DNA from: Eledone cirrhosa
Taxonomy: Eukaryota
Assembly: GCA_964016885.1 (NCBI GenBank)
Contig: OZ024745.1
Span: 113,460,001-113,524,000 of the forward strand
Reading direction: 5' to 3'
Length of the DNA stretch: 64,000 nt
Shown: piece by piece, positions 28,740 through 41,919 of the stretch
How positions within the stretch are numbered: the stretch's first letter is position 1
Layout of the letters: each line of letters opens with the position of its first letter
Made by a program: the position numbers and the translations under genes
Notes under the pieces: model-generated
What the model was told of the DNA's origin: nothing
Database searches by the model: none
What the model saw: only the letters and a program-made list of their open reading frames with translations

Positions 28740-29550
28740 CGACAAATCCACTCCGAGCAATGTTCGATGAAAATATGCTGGTTTGTAGATAGACGGGAAA
28801 GCCTCAAAGAAACGTTTCTTACCAGGTTCTTGGTTATGCTGGCAGGATGGATAGAATGCTTACTTATGTAATTAAGCGTATCATTTGGGTTTCTATACGG
28901 GTAGTGCTGGCAATTCGACAAATTGAGGGTAACGTCAAGCTAATTAACCACCGAGAGGTTGGCCTCACCCTGTATGGAGAGGTTGAAGCCTTTAAAGAAG
29001 GCTGTGAATGCTTTTCTGAACCTATCGCAAGCACGTGAACCGCACTTTGTCATGGTAAAAAAACCGTCATCACGGTACAAACCACCGTCCACGTTGGAGA
29101 ATTCCTCCTTGATAGAGAAAAGAAGGAAAATGGCGATAAGATCTGTAACCTCCGCCGAATCGCTGGCGCCCTTAGTTACGTCGAATGGGGTACTATTCGA
29201 TTTTTTATTCAAATAGAGTTGTCGAAATTAATCACCGACTTACGAGCATTGAGGATGGCATCAACTTCGAAATCCTTAACCACCGTGAGCGTTTTAGCGA
29301 AATTGATAGCTCAAAGAAGAGGTAGTAAAATGATGGAGGAGTAGTAATTCTTGATGTCGAATTGGATAAAACGGCAATGTTCCTTGTTGAACCAATCAAT
29401 CACCGCGAAAGAATTATTCCACAGTGCAAGAGGGGCCAAGCTTCTAATTTCAGATATAATTTTATCTAAAATCCTTTTACTAAGTCTACCTAAATCAGAC
29501 TTCGTAGGGTTAATTAGCCGAATAGAAGGGTTGTTGGCGAAATTGGAAGC
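28740..29550 (-). pseudogene. Penelope-type reverse transcriptase, frameshifted
   Basis: RT motifs are split over ORFs 29311-29652, 28940-29212 and 28736-28921. YRDD catalytic motif present. Confidence 0.85.
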
Positions 29551-31213
29551 TCGATATAATCGCCTCGGCAGCAACTTGACAGCAGCAGTAGTTTTGGGGG
29601 ATGTGGTGTGGAATAGGAAGTGGAGGAAGAGGAAAAGACAGTAGAACAACAACTACAGCATGATATATTCCATGAACAAAGACAGAATAATGAACATCAA
29701 AGGAAATACGAGAAATAATAAAAGAGGAAATGTGGTAAAATATTGAACAGGGTTGGAGCAAAAATATAAGCAAATACAAAAAAAAAATGAAGGAAAGGGA
29801 ATAACAAAAAGAAATTAAAAGTATGCAAAGAATGTAAATGATCGATGGATAATTTAAAAAATCACGTGATGTGAATACAATATTGAGATTTAGAGAAGAA
29901 AAATTAAATAACTGAATTTTACAAATTAATTTGAAATTGCTTCGTTGTCAATTCTGGCTAAACGAAAATAGTTATTGGTTAAAAAGGAAACAACTATTTA
30001 TGTCTTAACACATTTGTCATGTTCAACAAGAAAGAATAATGATAATATGGGAAGATAACAATCGAAATATAGAGACTATTTGGCTATGGGTCATTGAAAT
30101 ATGACTTGCCTTTCTGCACATTCTCTTTCAGTTCTACAGATATTGTGGTTAGTACTGCAAGAAATAATATAAAAATATGTTAGAATTTTACCAAAACAAT
30201 TTATGCAGCCAACATAATTCTTGATCTACAGCGGCAGAATTAAAGATACTGACAAGCATAATGGAAATCTGCAATTGTTTGTTAGATTTAAAAAAAAAAT
30301 TGAAATACTGAATACTAAATAAGTAGTTTACATAAAATTCCTGACGGGTATGTCAGCGGGATGGCTTGTGTTGTGAATGACAATGAATGAAAGAACAATA
30401 AGCTCCCATTGTGCCACTCTCATCTGATTATGATTCTAGCTAGGGAGTACTTTTCAATTGCTACTCAGTATCTTTGTAAATATTGGCAGTTTTTGTAATT
30501 CCTGTTGCTTACCAGGAGTTTTGACAGTAAGACTGAGGGGCATATTAATTGTCTTCTAGTTAAGATACCAGCCTTGTGTATATGTGATATTGAAACAAGA
30601 ATTTATAGATTTTATGTTCCAAACTCGAAAATTGATTAAGTTTGTGTGTTGTAAGTTTTTTCAGCCAAATGCCGACCCCCTAGGCATGTGAATAGGAGGA
30701 AAGAGTAGATAGAAACGCGTACAAAGAATCGACGATGGTTCGTGATAAAAATGACACCAAATTGGCGGGCCATCTCTGAATGAAATCTATTCTCTATTGT
30801 CTATTTGTGTTTGACATAATCCTATCCCACTTAAATCAAGCTTTATCCAATTGAGTGTACGAACTCCCTCTTTGCCGCCACGGCCGCCCGTCGCAAATCC
30901 TTTTGCAACTAAGTTCCTTTTCCGTCTACAGTTTCGCCGATTGGTGTTCAACTATAGTGAAACTATAGCTGTGAGGTTAACGACTTTACAAGAGACCCAT
31001 CAGACTAAGAAAAAAATCTTCCAACTGATTGTTGCCAGTTATAATTTCGAAAGGGAAAAATATCACGTCATCCAGAAGGGTAGTAAAAGGTGGAGTATTG
31101 GCGAGTAACAGAGTTGCTAGAAGAAGCAGTCTATTCCAGCCTAATTTTTTACTCAACCACAACATATATATATATATATATATATACGCATACATAAGTA
31201 TGAATAAATATAT

Positions 31214-31397
31214 AACTGTTTCTACTTTTGGCACAATGCCAGCAATTACCCAGTACATTACTGGTACTTTATTTTATCGACCCCGTAAGGATAAAAGGCA
31301 AAGTGAACCTCGGCGGGATTTGAACTCAGACCGTAAAAGGACGTAACTATGCTGGAAAGCATGGCGTCCGACTCTCTACCGATACTGCCAATCCACC
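31214..31397 (-). mobile_element. SINE family 1
   Basis: Colinear with the 11163 copy. Confidence 0.85.
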
Positions 31398-31937
31398 AAC
31401 CCTTACCAGTTTTGCTCGAAGAATGCATGAATTAAATAAATAATCAATTAGTCAGCGCTTTATAGAATTAAAAATGTGAAGAGTAAATAGATAGAAAGTA
31501 TAATACAGTTTATATTTGTTCAAGTACATTGCAGCAAAGATTTTTTTAATACACTTTTATATGTGTTTTAAAAAGTGCAGGTGGTCCTGATATATCTTAC
31601 GTCTGTTTTACAATAAAGTCTGGAGATTTCCAATCAGTTGTAGAAATATATTATACATAATACAATAAATTACATTATATATATATACGGACACTTGAGT
31701 GAGTCGTAGGGGCACCGTATTGACATATGGCGTCTCTAGGCAATTTTTAAACACATGGCAGAGACTATCTCCTCACTAGGCTAGAGGGTGAGAGAATGGA
31801 GTGAGGAAGAGACAAAGAGGAAGATTCGACTTCACCATTATACTGGTGCTTGTTTTTGTTTATCAACCTCAAATGAATAAAGGGCAAAGTTGACCTCGGC
31901 GGGATTTGAATTCAGAGAGCAGAGAGGCAATAAGAAT

Positions 31938-32472
31938 GAGGGGGTGGATCCGTTTTCATTATTGTGGGGGGGTCCGTTTTCTATTGGGAAGGGCCCACTT
32001 CTTAATTGGGGGGGTCCATTTTTATTTGGAGTGTCAGTTTTTTTACTGGGCGGTGGTCGTTTCTTTATTGGGGGTGGGGGTCCGCTTTGCATTGGGAGGG
32101 TGATGTTTTTTATAGGGAGGGGGGTCCGTTTTTTATCGTGGGCGCAGGGATGGAGTTGTCCATTTTTTTTTTATTTTGGGCGCGGCAAAGGCATCCGTTT
32201 TTTTTGGGGGGGGGGGGGTTATTTTGGGCGCGGTGGGTTCGATTTTTATTTTTGACTCGGCGGAGTTCTGATTTTTATTTTGCGTGGGGTGTAGATTCCG
32301 TTTTTTATTCAGGGCGCGGCGGGGTCCGTTTTTTTATTTGGGGCACGGCAGAGTGTCCGCTTTTTTAGTTTAGTTTCGGCGGGTGGTCCGTTTTATTTTA
32401 GTTTCGGAGGGATGTCCGTTTTTCTTTTATTCTGGACGCTGTGGATGTTGGGGGTTTTTTTTGCGAGGGGGT
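31938..32472. repeat. G/T-rich degenerate minisatellite, unit about GGGGGTCCGTTTTTTATT
   Basis: About 20 variable units of 18-27 bp with strong strand asymmetry. Confidence 0.8.
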
Positions 32473-32519
32473 TAAAATACACACATTTAAACTATACTAT
32501 GTGTTTCTAGCGAACTTAA

Positions 32520-32617
32520 TAATTGTTTCTACTTTTGGCACAAGGCGAGCAAATAACCAGTACATTACTGGTACTTTGTTTTATCGACCCCGTAAGGATG
32601 AAAGGCAAAGTTAACCT
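32520..32617 (-). mobile_element. 5'-truncated SINE family 1 with ~17-bp TSD
   Basis: Flanks CTAGCGAACTTAATAAT and CTAACGAACTTAATAAT. Confidence 0.85.
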
Positions 32618-33174
32618 CTAACGAACTTAATAATACACACTAGTGGTACTGTGATTCCACGCAATACTCTACCACAGATTCCTACCCACACAAATTCATT
32701 TATTCAAATAATATACTGAATCGAATATTACTTCTTATGTTTTCTTTAATACCAATCAATGAATAATCAGCTGTGTATGTTCAGCAAATTTATTCAAATA
32801 TAGGAAAAAATTATCTTATCGAAATGAAATTTGATCTTGCCGTAGGAAACCAAATTCGTGTTGAGAAGCTATACATATGGACATAGCCAATATGGCAAGT
32901 TATAGTAGACAAAAACTGCTGGTGTTTATTTGCAGGCGTTCAATATAGAGATTGTTTACTTTGGAATCATTAGAGGTTAAGAACACATTAATTTCGCATA
33001 TTTATCTGTTCACGCCAAGTCAGATACATAACCGCACGAAGTTGTATTTTCTTCTCATTCTGCAAACATAACATCTGTTTCTCTCTTTCCCTAATGTCAT
33101 TTACTGGCAGACGTCTGTCTTTCTATCCATGCATCTCTTACCCCCTACCTCTCTCACTATCCATCGTTCTCTCG

Positions 33175-33230
<56 letters not shown>

Positions 33231-33231
<1 letters not shown>

Positions 33232-33356
33232 TATAATGTTGAACAATGAAAACAAAAGGCGAAGTTTAATGATTAATCATATATATATATATATATATAT
33301 ATATGAACTGATTAATCATTAAACTCACCTTTTGTTTTCATTGTTCAACATTATAT
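33231..33356. repeat. ~48-bp-arm inverted repeat with (TA)n loop and flanks
   Basis: AATGTTGAACAATGAAAACAAAAGG..TGATTAATCA versus its reverse complement. Confidence 0.8.
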
Positions 33357-33357
33357 A

Positions 33358-33413
<56 letters not shown>

Positions 33414-33459
33414 TGTGTATGTATGTATGTATATATATATAGGTGTGTATGTATGTATG

Positions 33460-33550
<91 letters not shown>

Positions 33551-33551
33551 A

Positions 33552-33702
33552 TGTCAATAATTGTCACAAGTGTAGTGTTTGTACCAGAGTTTTCAAGTCG
33601 CTGGCTGGACTAAAAAGTCACACTTGTTCAGCGCATCGGTAGGGGTTCTCCTACATGGATATAATGTAGTGGCCGCGTACTCAAAACGAGTTGGCAGCCA
33701 CC
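33552..33702 (+). mobile_element. RTE-derived family A, 3' 150 bp
   Basis: Same 3' end GGCAGCCACC, inside (TATG)n. Confidence 0.8.
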
Positions 33703-33717
33703 ATGTATGTATATATA

Positions 33718-33753
<36 letters not shown>

Positions 33754-34828
33754 TGTATGTATGTATGTATGTATATATATATATAAATATATAACCCAGA
33801 TACTCGTTAAGCCAGACAGTATGTAAACAGTAAATCCGGTATTACGAGAGGTCAGGTGTGTATGTGTAAGTATGCGTCTGTCTGTGTTTCATTAGCTGGC
33901 GCACACAAACTTTAACACACACGCACACACAGACACACACAAATATACACATTACATACACACATTTAAAGACATTTCAGAAATTCTCATTTTTCTCTCT
34001 CTTTCTCTCTCCCATATATATATATATATATAGACATATGTGTGTGTGTGACTGGGTGCGTATATGTTTAATGCTCCTCTCTCCCTACATTAACGCTCTT
34101 TCTCTATTTGGTCCCCCCCCCCTCTCTCGTTGTTTAATTGTTTTATTTATTTCTCTTTTATATCTTAATCTCTTTCCTGATTATATTTGTCTTCGTACTT
34201 ATACTATTCCCTCCCCTGTTTAGTGCGTTTGCTGCTTCGATTGTTGTTGACTTTGTATATATATATATATATATTGAAACAGATTTAGCTTAAGGTTTCT
34301 CATCTATAAATCACTTAATCCGATATATAACAGTCGATATCTCGCTGTATACTGCAGCAGATAATAATTGTCAATATATATGATACCGATTTCTACAACG
34401 TTCGGTATTGTTCGAAATCGATATAGAAAGCTTGAAAGCTTTACTGGTCTTATGATTTCAGTGGACAAATTATCATTATGAATATAAAAAGAAATCCGGC
34501 AACATGAAACGTACACTAGGTTATATTTGAGGTGCTGGTTCCAAATATAGCATTAGTTTGATATTAAGAGCTCTAATTAATTAATATGCTATTTAGTCAC
34601 AAAACTATCGAATAAGCTAATGCTATTAAAATAAACACGTTTGAACATCAGTGCAAAAAGTAGAAACAATTATAATTATTATTAGTTGTATTGGTTTTCT
34701 ACGTAAAGACATCGAATAAAGTGTCTAAAAGAGTGAGTGAGAGAGAAAGAGGAATAGATTGAGAGAACCGCAGACAAACACACCCACATACACAAACACA
34801 CACATACACATTCATATATGTATATGCA

Positions 34829-35112
<284 letters not shown>

Positions 35113-35330
35113 AAGGCGTGTGGCTGAGTGGTTAGAGAACTGGATTCGCAATCGTGGGGTTGTGAGCTCGATTCCTGGACCTGGCGGTGCGTTATGTCCT
35201 TGAGCAAGACACTTTATTTCACGCTGCTCCTTCTACCTGGAGTTGCGACCGATAGATAGTATTAGCAATTGGAAAAAAGACAAATGGAAACACTGTTTCC
35301 TCGGTCCGATTTGACGAAAGTCGATCGTTT
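35113..35330 (+). mobile_element. SINE family 2, subfamily with alternative 3' half
   Basis: AGGCGTGTGGCTGAGTGGTTAGA head, CCTTGAGCAAGACACTT, ends GACGAAAGTCGATCG. Confidence 0.8.
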
Positions 35331-37880
35331 ATAATATATATATATATATATATGCATATGTATATTTAATCATGTGCGTGTATACGAGTGTGTATTTATG
35401 ATGGAGGGTCATGCATAAATTTAGAGGACAAAATAATTGTTCTTTAAAAGGGATTCAGTTTACTGAATAAAAAATATTAAATTTATACTTCAATTATTTC
35501 TGAAGTGATAATTTTGTTAGTTGTGTTTTACGTTCAATGTGATGATGATGAATTCATATGGTTGCTTTATTAATTTCTGAATAAATCGCCCACACTGTTC
35601 TCTATGCATGAGTCATCTGTATGCTGGTAAAATAGAGATTATCCTTCTGAATACAAGACGTGTTTAAATTATTATTTATTGATTCGTAATATTATTGTAG
35701 TTGCTTATTCCCAAGTAAGCCTTCATCAATCCAACTGGCACCTAGTAAAATGTGTTTCAGTCGTATCAATCCCCTCGCTTTTTATACATAGTTTATTTGT
35801 GGTTAATTATCAAACGTGTTTTATCTTTTACCTATAAAAGGGGAATGTGATTTGAAGAACCATTTATTGATATATATCTTGCAAGATATGTGAACCTGTG
35901 GATGTGCCTTCGTTTGTCTGTATGGGAATGGTTCTTTCAATAAGGGAAAGCTATAATTAATTGAAATGACACATTTTTTTACGAGTATTATATCGATGCT
36001 TTAGTGATGTTCAGGTAACACCTGCAAAGTTTCAACTCAGTCACATAAATGATTGCACCTTCATTCATCTCCAACCTTTATTTCTCATTAGAGGCATAAA
36101 AACCCATCTGTATTTTGGCATTTTATTGGTACTTGCCTTCACAGAAATAGGAAATACAAGGTACATTTTGTGAGAGTTAATCATTGAACTTCAAAGAACG
36201 GAACAACATTTTATAATGTATTTAGTTTGGCGTTCTCATATTTTACCACATCCTAAAATCTAAAATTAACTTCACATCAATATGGTCACTATAAACCAGA
36301 TGTCTGCTCCAGTATATTATATAGACCCTATGTCCAGTATTAATCATAATTATTTGTGAATTAATGCCAGTTTCTGTATATTATTTTGTGCTTATATCTG
36401 ACTGTATCTATTTTGTTCATATCTACATATAGTCTCACATTCCGTATTCACGAAAGCGTCTGTTGCGTTGCCATGCATACATTTCGAATAGCCAGATATA
36501 TGAAATTATAAATCTGTAAAGAATCGTGTAATAAAATATTAATATTTAGTGAGTGGTCTTCTGACAGAAATATTGGTAGTCTGAACAAATATGAGAATAA
36601 TATGTTCGATTTTAAATGAATAATGTACTACGCTATCACTTTTAGTTATAGAATTATGTACGAGGACAGGAGATAAGAAAGGTTGTCTGAGACCATTCAG
36701 ATGACTAACCGGAATCAAATTTGCATGAATCGCTTTAGAAGGCAAACACCTTTGATGTTAAAACTGGTTGCAACTTTGGATTATCATTTCTACACGACTA
36801 TAATTAACATTCATTTTCGATACGATTCCAATTACTATTCACTGTCTCTAGAAAAAAAATTATTAAAAAGGTTATAATATTTGGTATACTGAAAAATACC
36901 AGGAATTGTATCCGGGCAACAAACAGCTGGATGAGCCACACAAAAACACATCTATCAAATAAAACCGCTGGTTGTTACTACTAATCAGAAACTGACATTA
37001 TATAAAGTTAGGTACAAATACAGTTTTTAAGCGTTTAAAATAAGATGATATTAATTATAATCCTTTTATAAAGCGAAGATATTTTCACCAGGAAAATATG
37101 GGAATAGTCGAGATGATATAATGGTAAGTTACCCATCACGAGGCACCAAATCGAAGGCCCAGTATCAAGAGACACCATTCTTATATAAATAATCTTTAAT
37201 AGCAACGCCTCATTTTTTTCTCCATTTACACTTGTTTTAATATTTATTTATGTCTTTTATCTGAAATATATGCATTAATAAAGATAACTGTAAACTTTTA
37301 TTGGTTTATGGTTCTGCATTTTATGCCCATTTATTGAATTATGAAACACTAAACGTTCGCATTAATTCTAAAGAATCAATAAAACTAGTAATTTATATTT
37401 TTATTGACAATATAAGCCAAATACAGAAGGTATCGTTAAACGAGAGACGTGATACATAATGTCTTGGTCCATTTGTAATCTCTGGTCTGTGTGTCGCTTG
37501 CTTAGCTATTATTTCTACAAAAGATAGTGACTTAAATATGTATCTGTTAATAACCCAGGGAGATAGAAATGAGTATGCTATCAAATGTAGCAGGGATCAA
37601 TCTGGTCGTATTTGAAACATATTTCTAACTTCAAGGGTGTTCAGTTAAGAGAATCGATAGTACTTTGGAGTTTAGGGTAGTTAATTAGTGAGAATCAATG
37701 TGTGTATATGAATGTATATGAATAAATACATCCACATTTACACACACACACACACACACACAACCAGAGAACACACACACAACCAGAGAACACATACACA
37801 CACACATACATATATATATATACACACACGTACACACGCACTCACACACACACACACACACGCATATATATATATATATA

Positions 37881-38128
37881 TATTTATTAAAATAACAGAT
37901 TAAAGTTTAAGCAAAGAATCGCTTTCACCCTTAACGGGATCTTCTGAAACTAACAAAGACTTTGTTAGTTTCAGAAGATCCCGTTAAGGGTGAAAGCAGC
38001 GATTCTTTGCTTAAACTTTAATCTGTTATTTTAATAAATATTTGCTCTACGGTTCTTATATATTTGATATATAGTTATCCTTATCGAGACCTCTTTGGAT
38101 TTTAGTCTTCAAATTTATTATTATTACT
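37881..38128. repeat. Palindromic fold-back of the same pLTR-like family
   Basis: Arms meet at ACAAAG-A-CTTTGT (about 37959). The right arm has a ~90-bp extra tail. (TA)n outside. Confidence 0.85.
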
Positions 38129-38374
38129 ATATATATATACAATTTATGTTACATGTTTACATTTCGATATCCCAGCCCTAGCATCCGAATATTATGCAAG
38201 ACTAGACGATTTGATCAGATGTTATTTGCAGGATTATATAACAGGATTGCGTTGAACACTTACAGAGATTATAAGATAGAGGATAGAAAAAAGAAATTAG
38301 AGGACAGAGAACCGATTTGATTCGGGTACAGAATGCTAATTTGGTGTTATATCGTTAGCAGATGGACCCCGATA

Positions 38375-38402
38375 TCTATATATATAACTGAGGATGCCTG
38401 TC

Positions 38403-38490
<88 letters not shown>

Positions 38491-38956
38491 TTTGAATCCC
38501 TAAAACTCGAGAAGTACCTAGCCGATTTTTTCAAACTTCTTTACATGTGTATTACTTATGTTTCAGGGAGTGTTGTGCACATGACAAAATTCAACTTTTT
38601 GATCCCCTAGGGCCCGCATTAGGTGAAAAACTGCGTTTTTTTCCAGCTTTTTAGGGAGTTTTGAGGCGTTACGTCACACCGATTTCTTTGAAATTGTAAC
38701 TATGCATTAGTCAGTCTCTTCTTCATAGCGTGAGCAAAGAAAGTCCAACTTCTTTATGGACTTGGGCCCGCATTAGGTGAAAACCTGCATTTTTCCTGCT
38801 TCATCGAGGAAAATCTTAAAGATTATCCAGCCATCCGAGTATTCGGTTTATTTTCTTTACATATTGTCCAGGCATGCAGTTTTTCCACGATTAGGTCTGT
38901 TGGCGGCCCGCGTTCCAAAATACCTTATCCCGTGCAACGCCGGGTACCACTACTAG
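38375..38956 (+). mobile_element. Non-autonomous Helitron-like element
   Basis: 5' A|TCTATATATATAA then a microsatellite. 3' hairpin CCCG-TGCAACGC-CGGG, 8 nt, then CTAG. No TSD. The 3' flank is A rather than the usual T. Confidence 0.7.
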
Positions 38957-38981
38957 AATATATATATATATATATATATAT

Positions 38982-39552
38982 CTAAGGCGGGTAAAATTCC
39001 CGAGATCCACGGACGAGCTCTCTCCAGCGGTCCCCGTCCCTCATTACCGCTGCCATATCCTGCATCTCCAACAGACCAGTGTCTGTCCTTAGGGCATCAA
39101 CATATGTTAACCTTGGTCTTCCTCTTCTAGTGTGTCCATGTAGGGGCTCCCAAAGGAGCACTGAGTGCAATGTCAACTCTGGATGTCGGTGAGCATGTCC
39201 AGCCAACCTCAGTTTCCTCTGTGTCACTTTTGAGCTGACTTTTGGGATGCTCCCATACAGCTCTGAGTTTTTCATCCTGGAATTGGTTGAGGACTTCCTG
39301 TATTTGGGAGCAAAGATTGGGAATACGGAAGATGATGTGGTTGAGAGGAAGAGCAAGGCCTGGGCGGCGTGTCACAGCTTGAGATCGGTGTGGAAGTCGG
39401 ACCTTCGTAGAGACCTGAAAATCCGCCTCTTCATTGCTGTAGTGGAGTCTGTGCTGCTGTATGGGTCTGAGACTTGGACACTGACCAAGAGACTCACTCA
39501 GATGGTGGATGGGTGCTACACGAGAATGCTGAGGATGGCTCTGAACATTAAT

Positions 39553-39556
<4 letters not shown>
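38982..39556 (-). mobile_element. RTE-clade LINE 3' end with inverted 5' segment
   Basis: Minus 38982-39278 reads ELYGSIPK..RLAGH..LLWEP..RGRPRLTY.D..DRW. Plus 39277-39556 reads LELVEDFLYLG..LLYGSETWTL..YTRMLRMALNI. (TA)n on both sides. Confidence 0.88.
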
Positions 39557-39601
<45 letters not shown>

Positions 39602-39709
39602 TGTTGTTTGAACTGGAACAACGGAAAATAACGTTTATTGCTCAAGGATATAAAGAATTACTGGTATTCGAACTCGCGCCTTCACAAGTACACACAACCC
39701 CCCCCCCCC

Positions 39710-39743
<34 letters not shown>

Positions 39744-39745
39744 CA

Positions 39746-39849
<104 letters not shown>

Positions 39850-40090
39850 ATGTGTGTATGTGTGTTAGTTTGTGTTTGTGTGTACTTGTGAAGGTGCACA
39901 AAACGTTTTGTTTTCCATTTCAGTAGACGCACTCCATCATCCACTTTTCTAAAAAACAAATCATACACAAAACGCCAGCACCAACAGTTTTGCAAGAGAT
40001 GTCAACATGAATGAACCTGTTATTTATCTAAAGACATTGTTTCCAATTCCATCCCGCCCATCCCCTTAATCTATTTTATATCTCATTCTT

Positions 40091-40126
40091 TCTTCTGATG
40101 AAGGACTAGCGTCCGAAACGTTAAGA
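40091..40126 (+). ncRNA. Minimal type I hammerhead ribozyme motif
   Basis: TCTT-CTGATGA-A-GGAC-TAGC-GTCC-GAAA-CG-TT-AAGA. The loopless palindromic stem III implies a dimer. Confidence 0.75.
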
Positions 40127-40239
40127 CCCTCTTCCTGCTATATCAAGCGTTAACCTAATATATACCTTCCATATACTCTACCGATTGTGTTGTTATTTCT
40201 GTTTACCATATATATATATATATATATACATATATTTAT

Positions 40240-40846
40240 GTCAGGTCACCAGTTGGTGCTACTGGTAACATGTATCACAGTACGACCTGTCTCATGGTCG
40301 GGTCGTTGGCGACTAAACTGGCAACCCCACCAAGGTTTCTTGGTGAGGAGGGTGACTTTGGACATCCTGCAGGACTAAAAACAAAACCTGTCAAAGGGCA
40401 AAGGAGCTCTTAAGAGTCAATGGCCATCCAAAATCACCGGGAGAGATGACCCCCTAGCCTTTGTCAAGGCAGAATTCTAGGAGAAGGAAAACTCTGTTAT
40501 AACACATGCAACCCTGATGGTATCCAATGATGTTGACTTGTTCTTCCTTTTGGTAAATATCATCTTGGTTAAGAGAGTGGGACTGGCTTTGTGAAGTGCC
40601 TTTGCTCACTATAAAAGCTTCACGGCACAGGCATTGCTTTATATCTGGAGATCTCTCTGCATTTGTCATCACATGGTACCATGGGCCCAGCACCATGTGT
40701 CAGTAATTGTCACAAATGTAGTGTTTGTACCAGAGTTTTCAAGTCGCTGGCTGGACTAAAAAGTCACACTCGTTCAGCGCATCGATAGGGGTTCTCCTAC
40801 ATGGATATAAAGTAGTGGCCGTACTCGAAAACGAGGTGGCAGCCAC
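40240..40846 (+). mobile_element. Non-autonomous RTE-derived element, family A, apparently full length (~600 bp)
   Basis: RTE 5'UTR-like head (TAGGAGAAGGAAAACTC motif) fused to an RTE-type terminal C2H2 finger [26 protein letters not shown] and a short 3' UTR. No RT. Five copies in the window. Confidence 0.75.
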
Positions 40847-40907
40847 GATATATATATATATATTTATTAAAATAACAGATTATAGTTTTCACCCAAATAT
40901 ATATATG

Positions 40908-40969
<62 letters not shown>

Positions 40970-41017
40970 ATTAATTCTGGCAATATTACACAAATATGAC
41001 CCTCCCCAAGTATAACA

Positions 41018-41085
<68 letters not shown>

Positions 41086-41403
41086 TGTGTGTGTGACGTG
41101 AGCGTATTTGTGTGTGTGAGTATCATTTTGTATATTTCTGTCTCATCTTTATAGGAATTGATAATGTTATACATAGAAAAGAGGATGTCAGCAGGAGGGT
41201 GATAATAATAACACTTTTTCTTTTGTGGCATTTGCCATTTAGCTTCTGCTAAACGGCAAATCTGTGGTACATCTTTGGTACGTGTTGATTCATTCTTATG
41301 AATGCTAGCTGAAGAAGGGGTGAAGTTATCAGTACAATTCACTTTAATATTATTTCTATTTGCAATTTTCTGGAATTTATGGTTAGAAGCGAAATATTTG
41401 CTA

Positions 41404-41700
41404 ATCATCATCATCACCATCTTCTAATCCATCATCATCAAAATCAGCAGCATCAATATCTTAATCATTATCCTCATCATCAACATCTTCCTAATCACCA
41501 GTAGCATTAGCATCCTTACTACTTCCACCGCCATCACCACTGTCAATATTACCTCTTTCACCACCATCACCACAACCACCATCATCTCCATTATCATCAT
41601 CCTCTCTACCATCTATTTAACTATATTTACCTTCACCGCCAACCCTTTACACCAACAGCACCTCCACCATCATCATCCTCATCATCATCAACAATACCAT
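41404..41700. repeat. Degenerate (CAT/CAC)n low-complexity tract
   Basis: Direct reading. Confidence 0.85.
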
Positions 41701-41919
41701 CTGAAATTCCTTTTCTCACTCTAAATCAACTTTGTATAAAAATGTTTGTGAGTGGATATATATCCCCTAAGGTTCTTTTTTACTTTTTGTTTTAATTTCT
41801 TTTTATACTCATGATTGATGCTTCTTTCTAAGACACTCTCGGCTATGTACAGTTTGACAAGCGTTTTTAAGCTCGGAAGTATAGTTCTTTGAGTCGCTGA
41901 TATCATTTGAAGGTTCTAA

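Larger units (their letters stand above)
27108..29550 (-). mobile_element. Decayed, 5'-truncated Penelope-like retroelement (RT + GIY-YIG, 3' region and pLTR-like end)
   Basis: Successive minus-strand frames: NNPSIRLINPTKSDLG, FIQFDIKNYYSSI, FDVTKGASDSAEVTDL, GLYRDDG, then NCNCR..IVYKC..YIGLT..FKQR..H..SF..CDLCAAE. Ends in the repeat family also found at 20531, 26447, 37881 and 59630. Confidence 0.88.

Noticed and set aside
30851-31108. 85-aa ORF in GC-richer unique DNA
   Set aside because: Non-ATG start, no recognisable motif, no clear splice boundaries.
31938-32472. CRISPR-like array, or Gly/Phe-rich ORFs
   Set aside because: Units are degenerate, there are no unique spacers or cas genes, and the context is eukaryotic.
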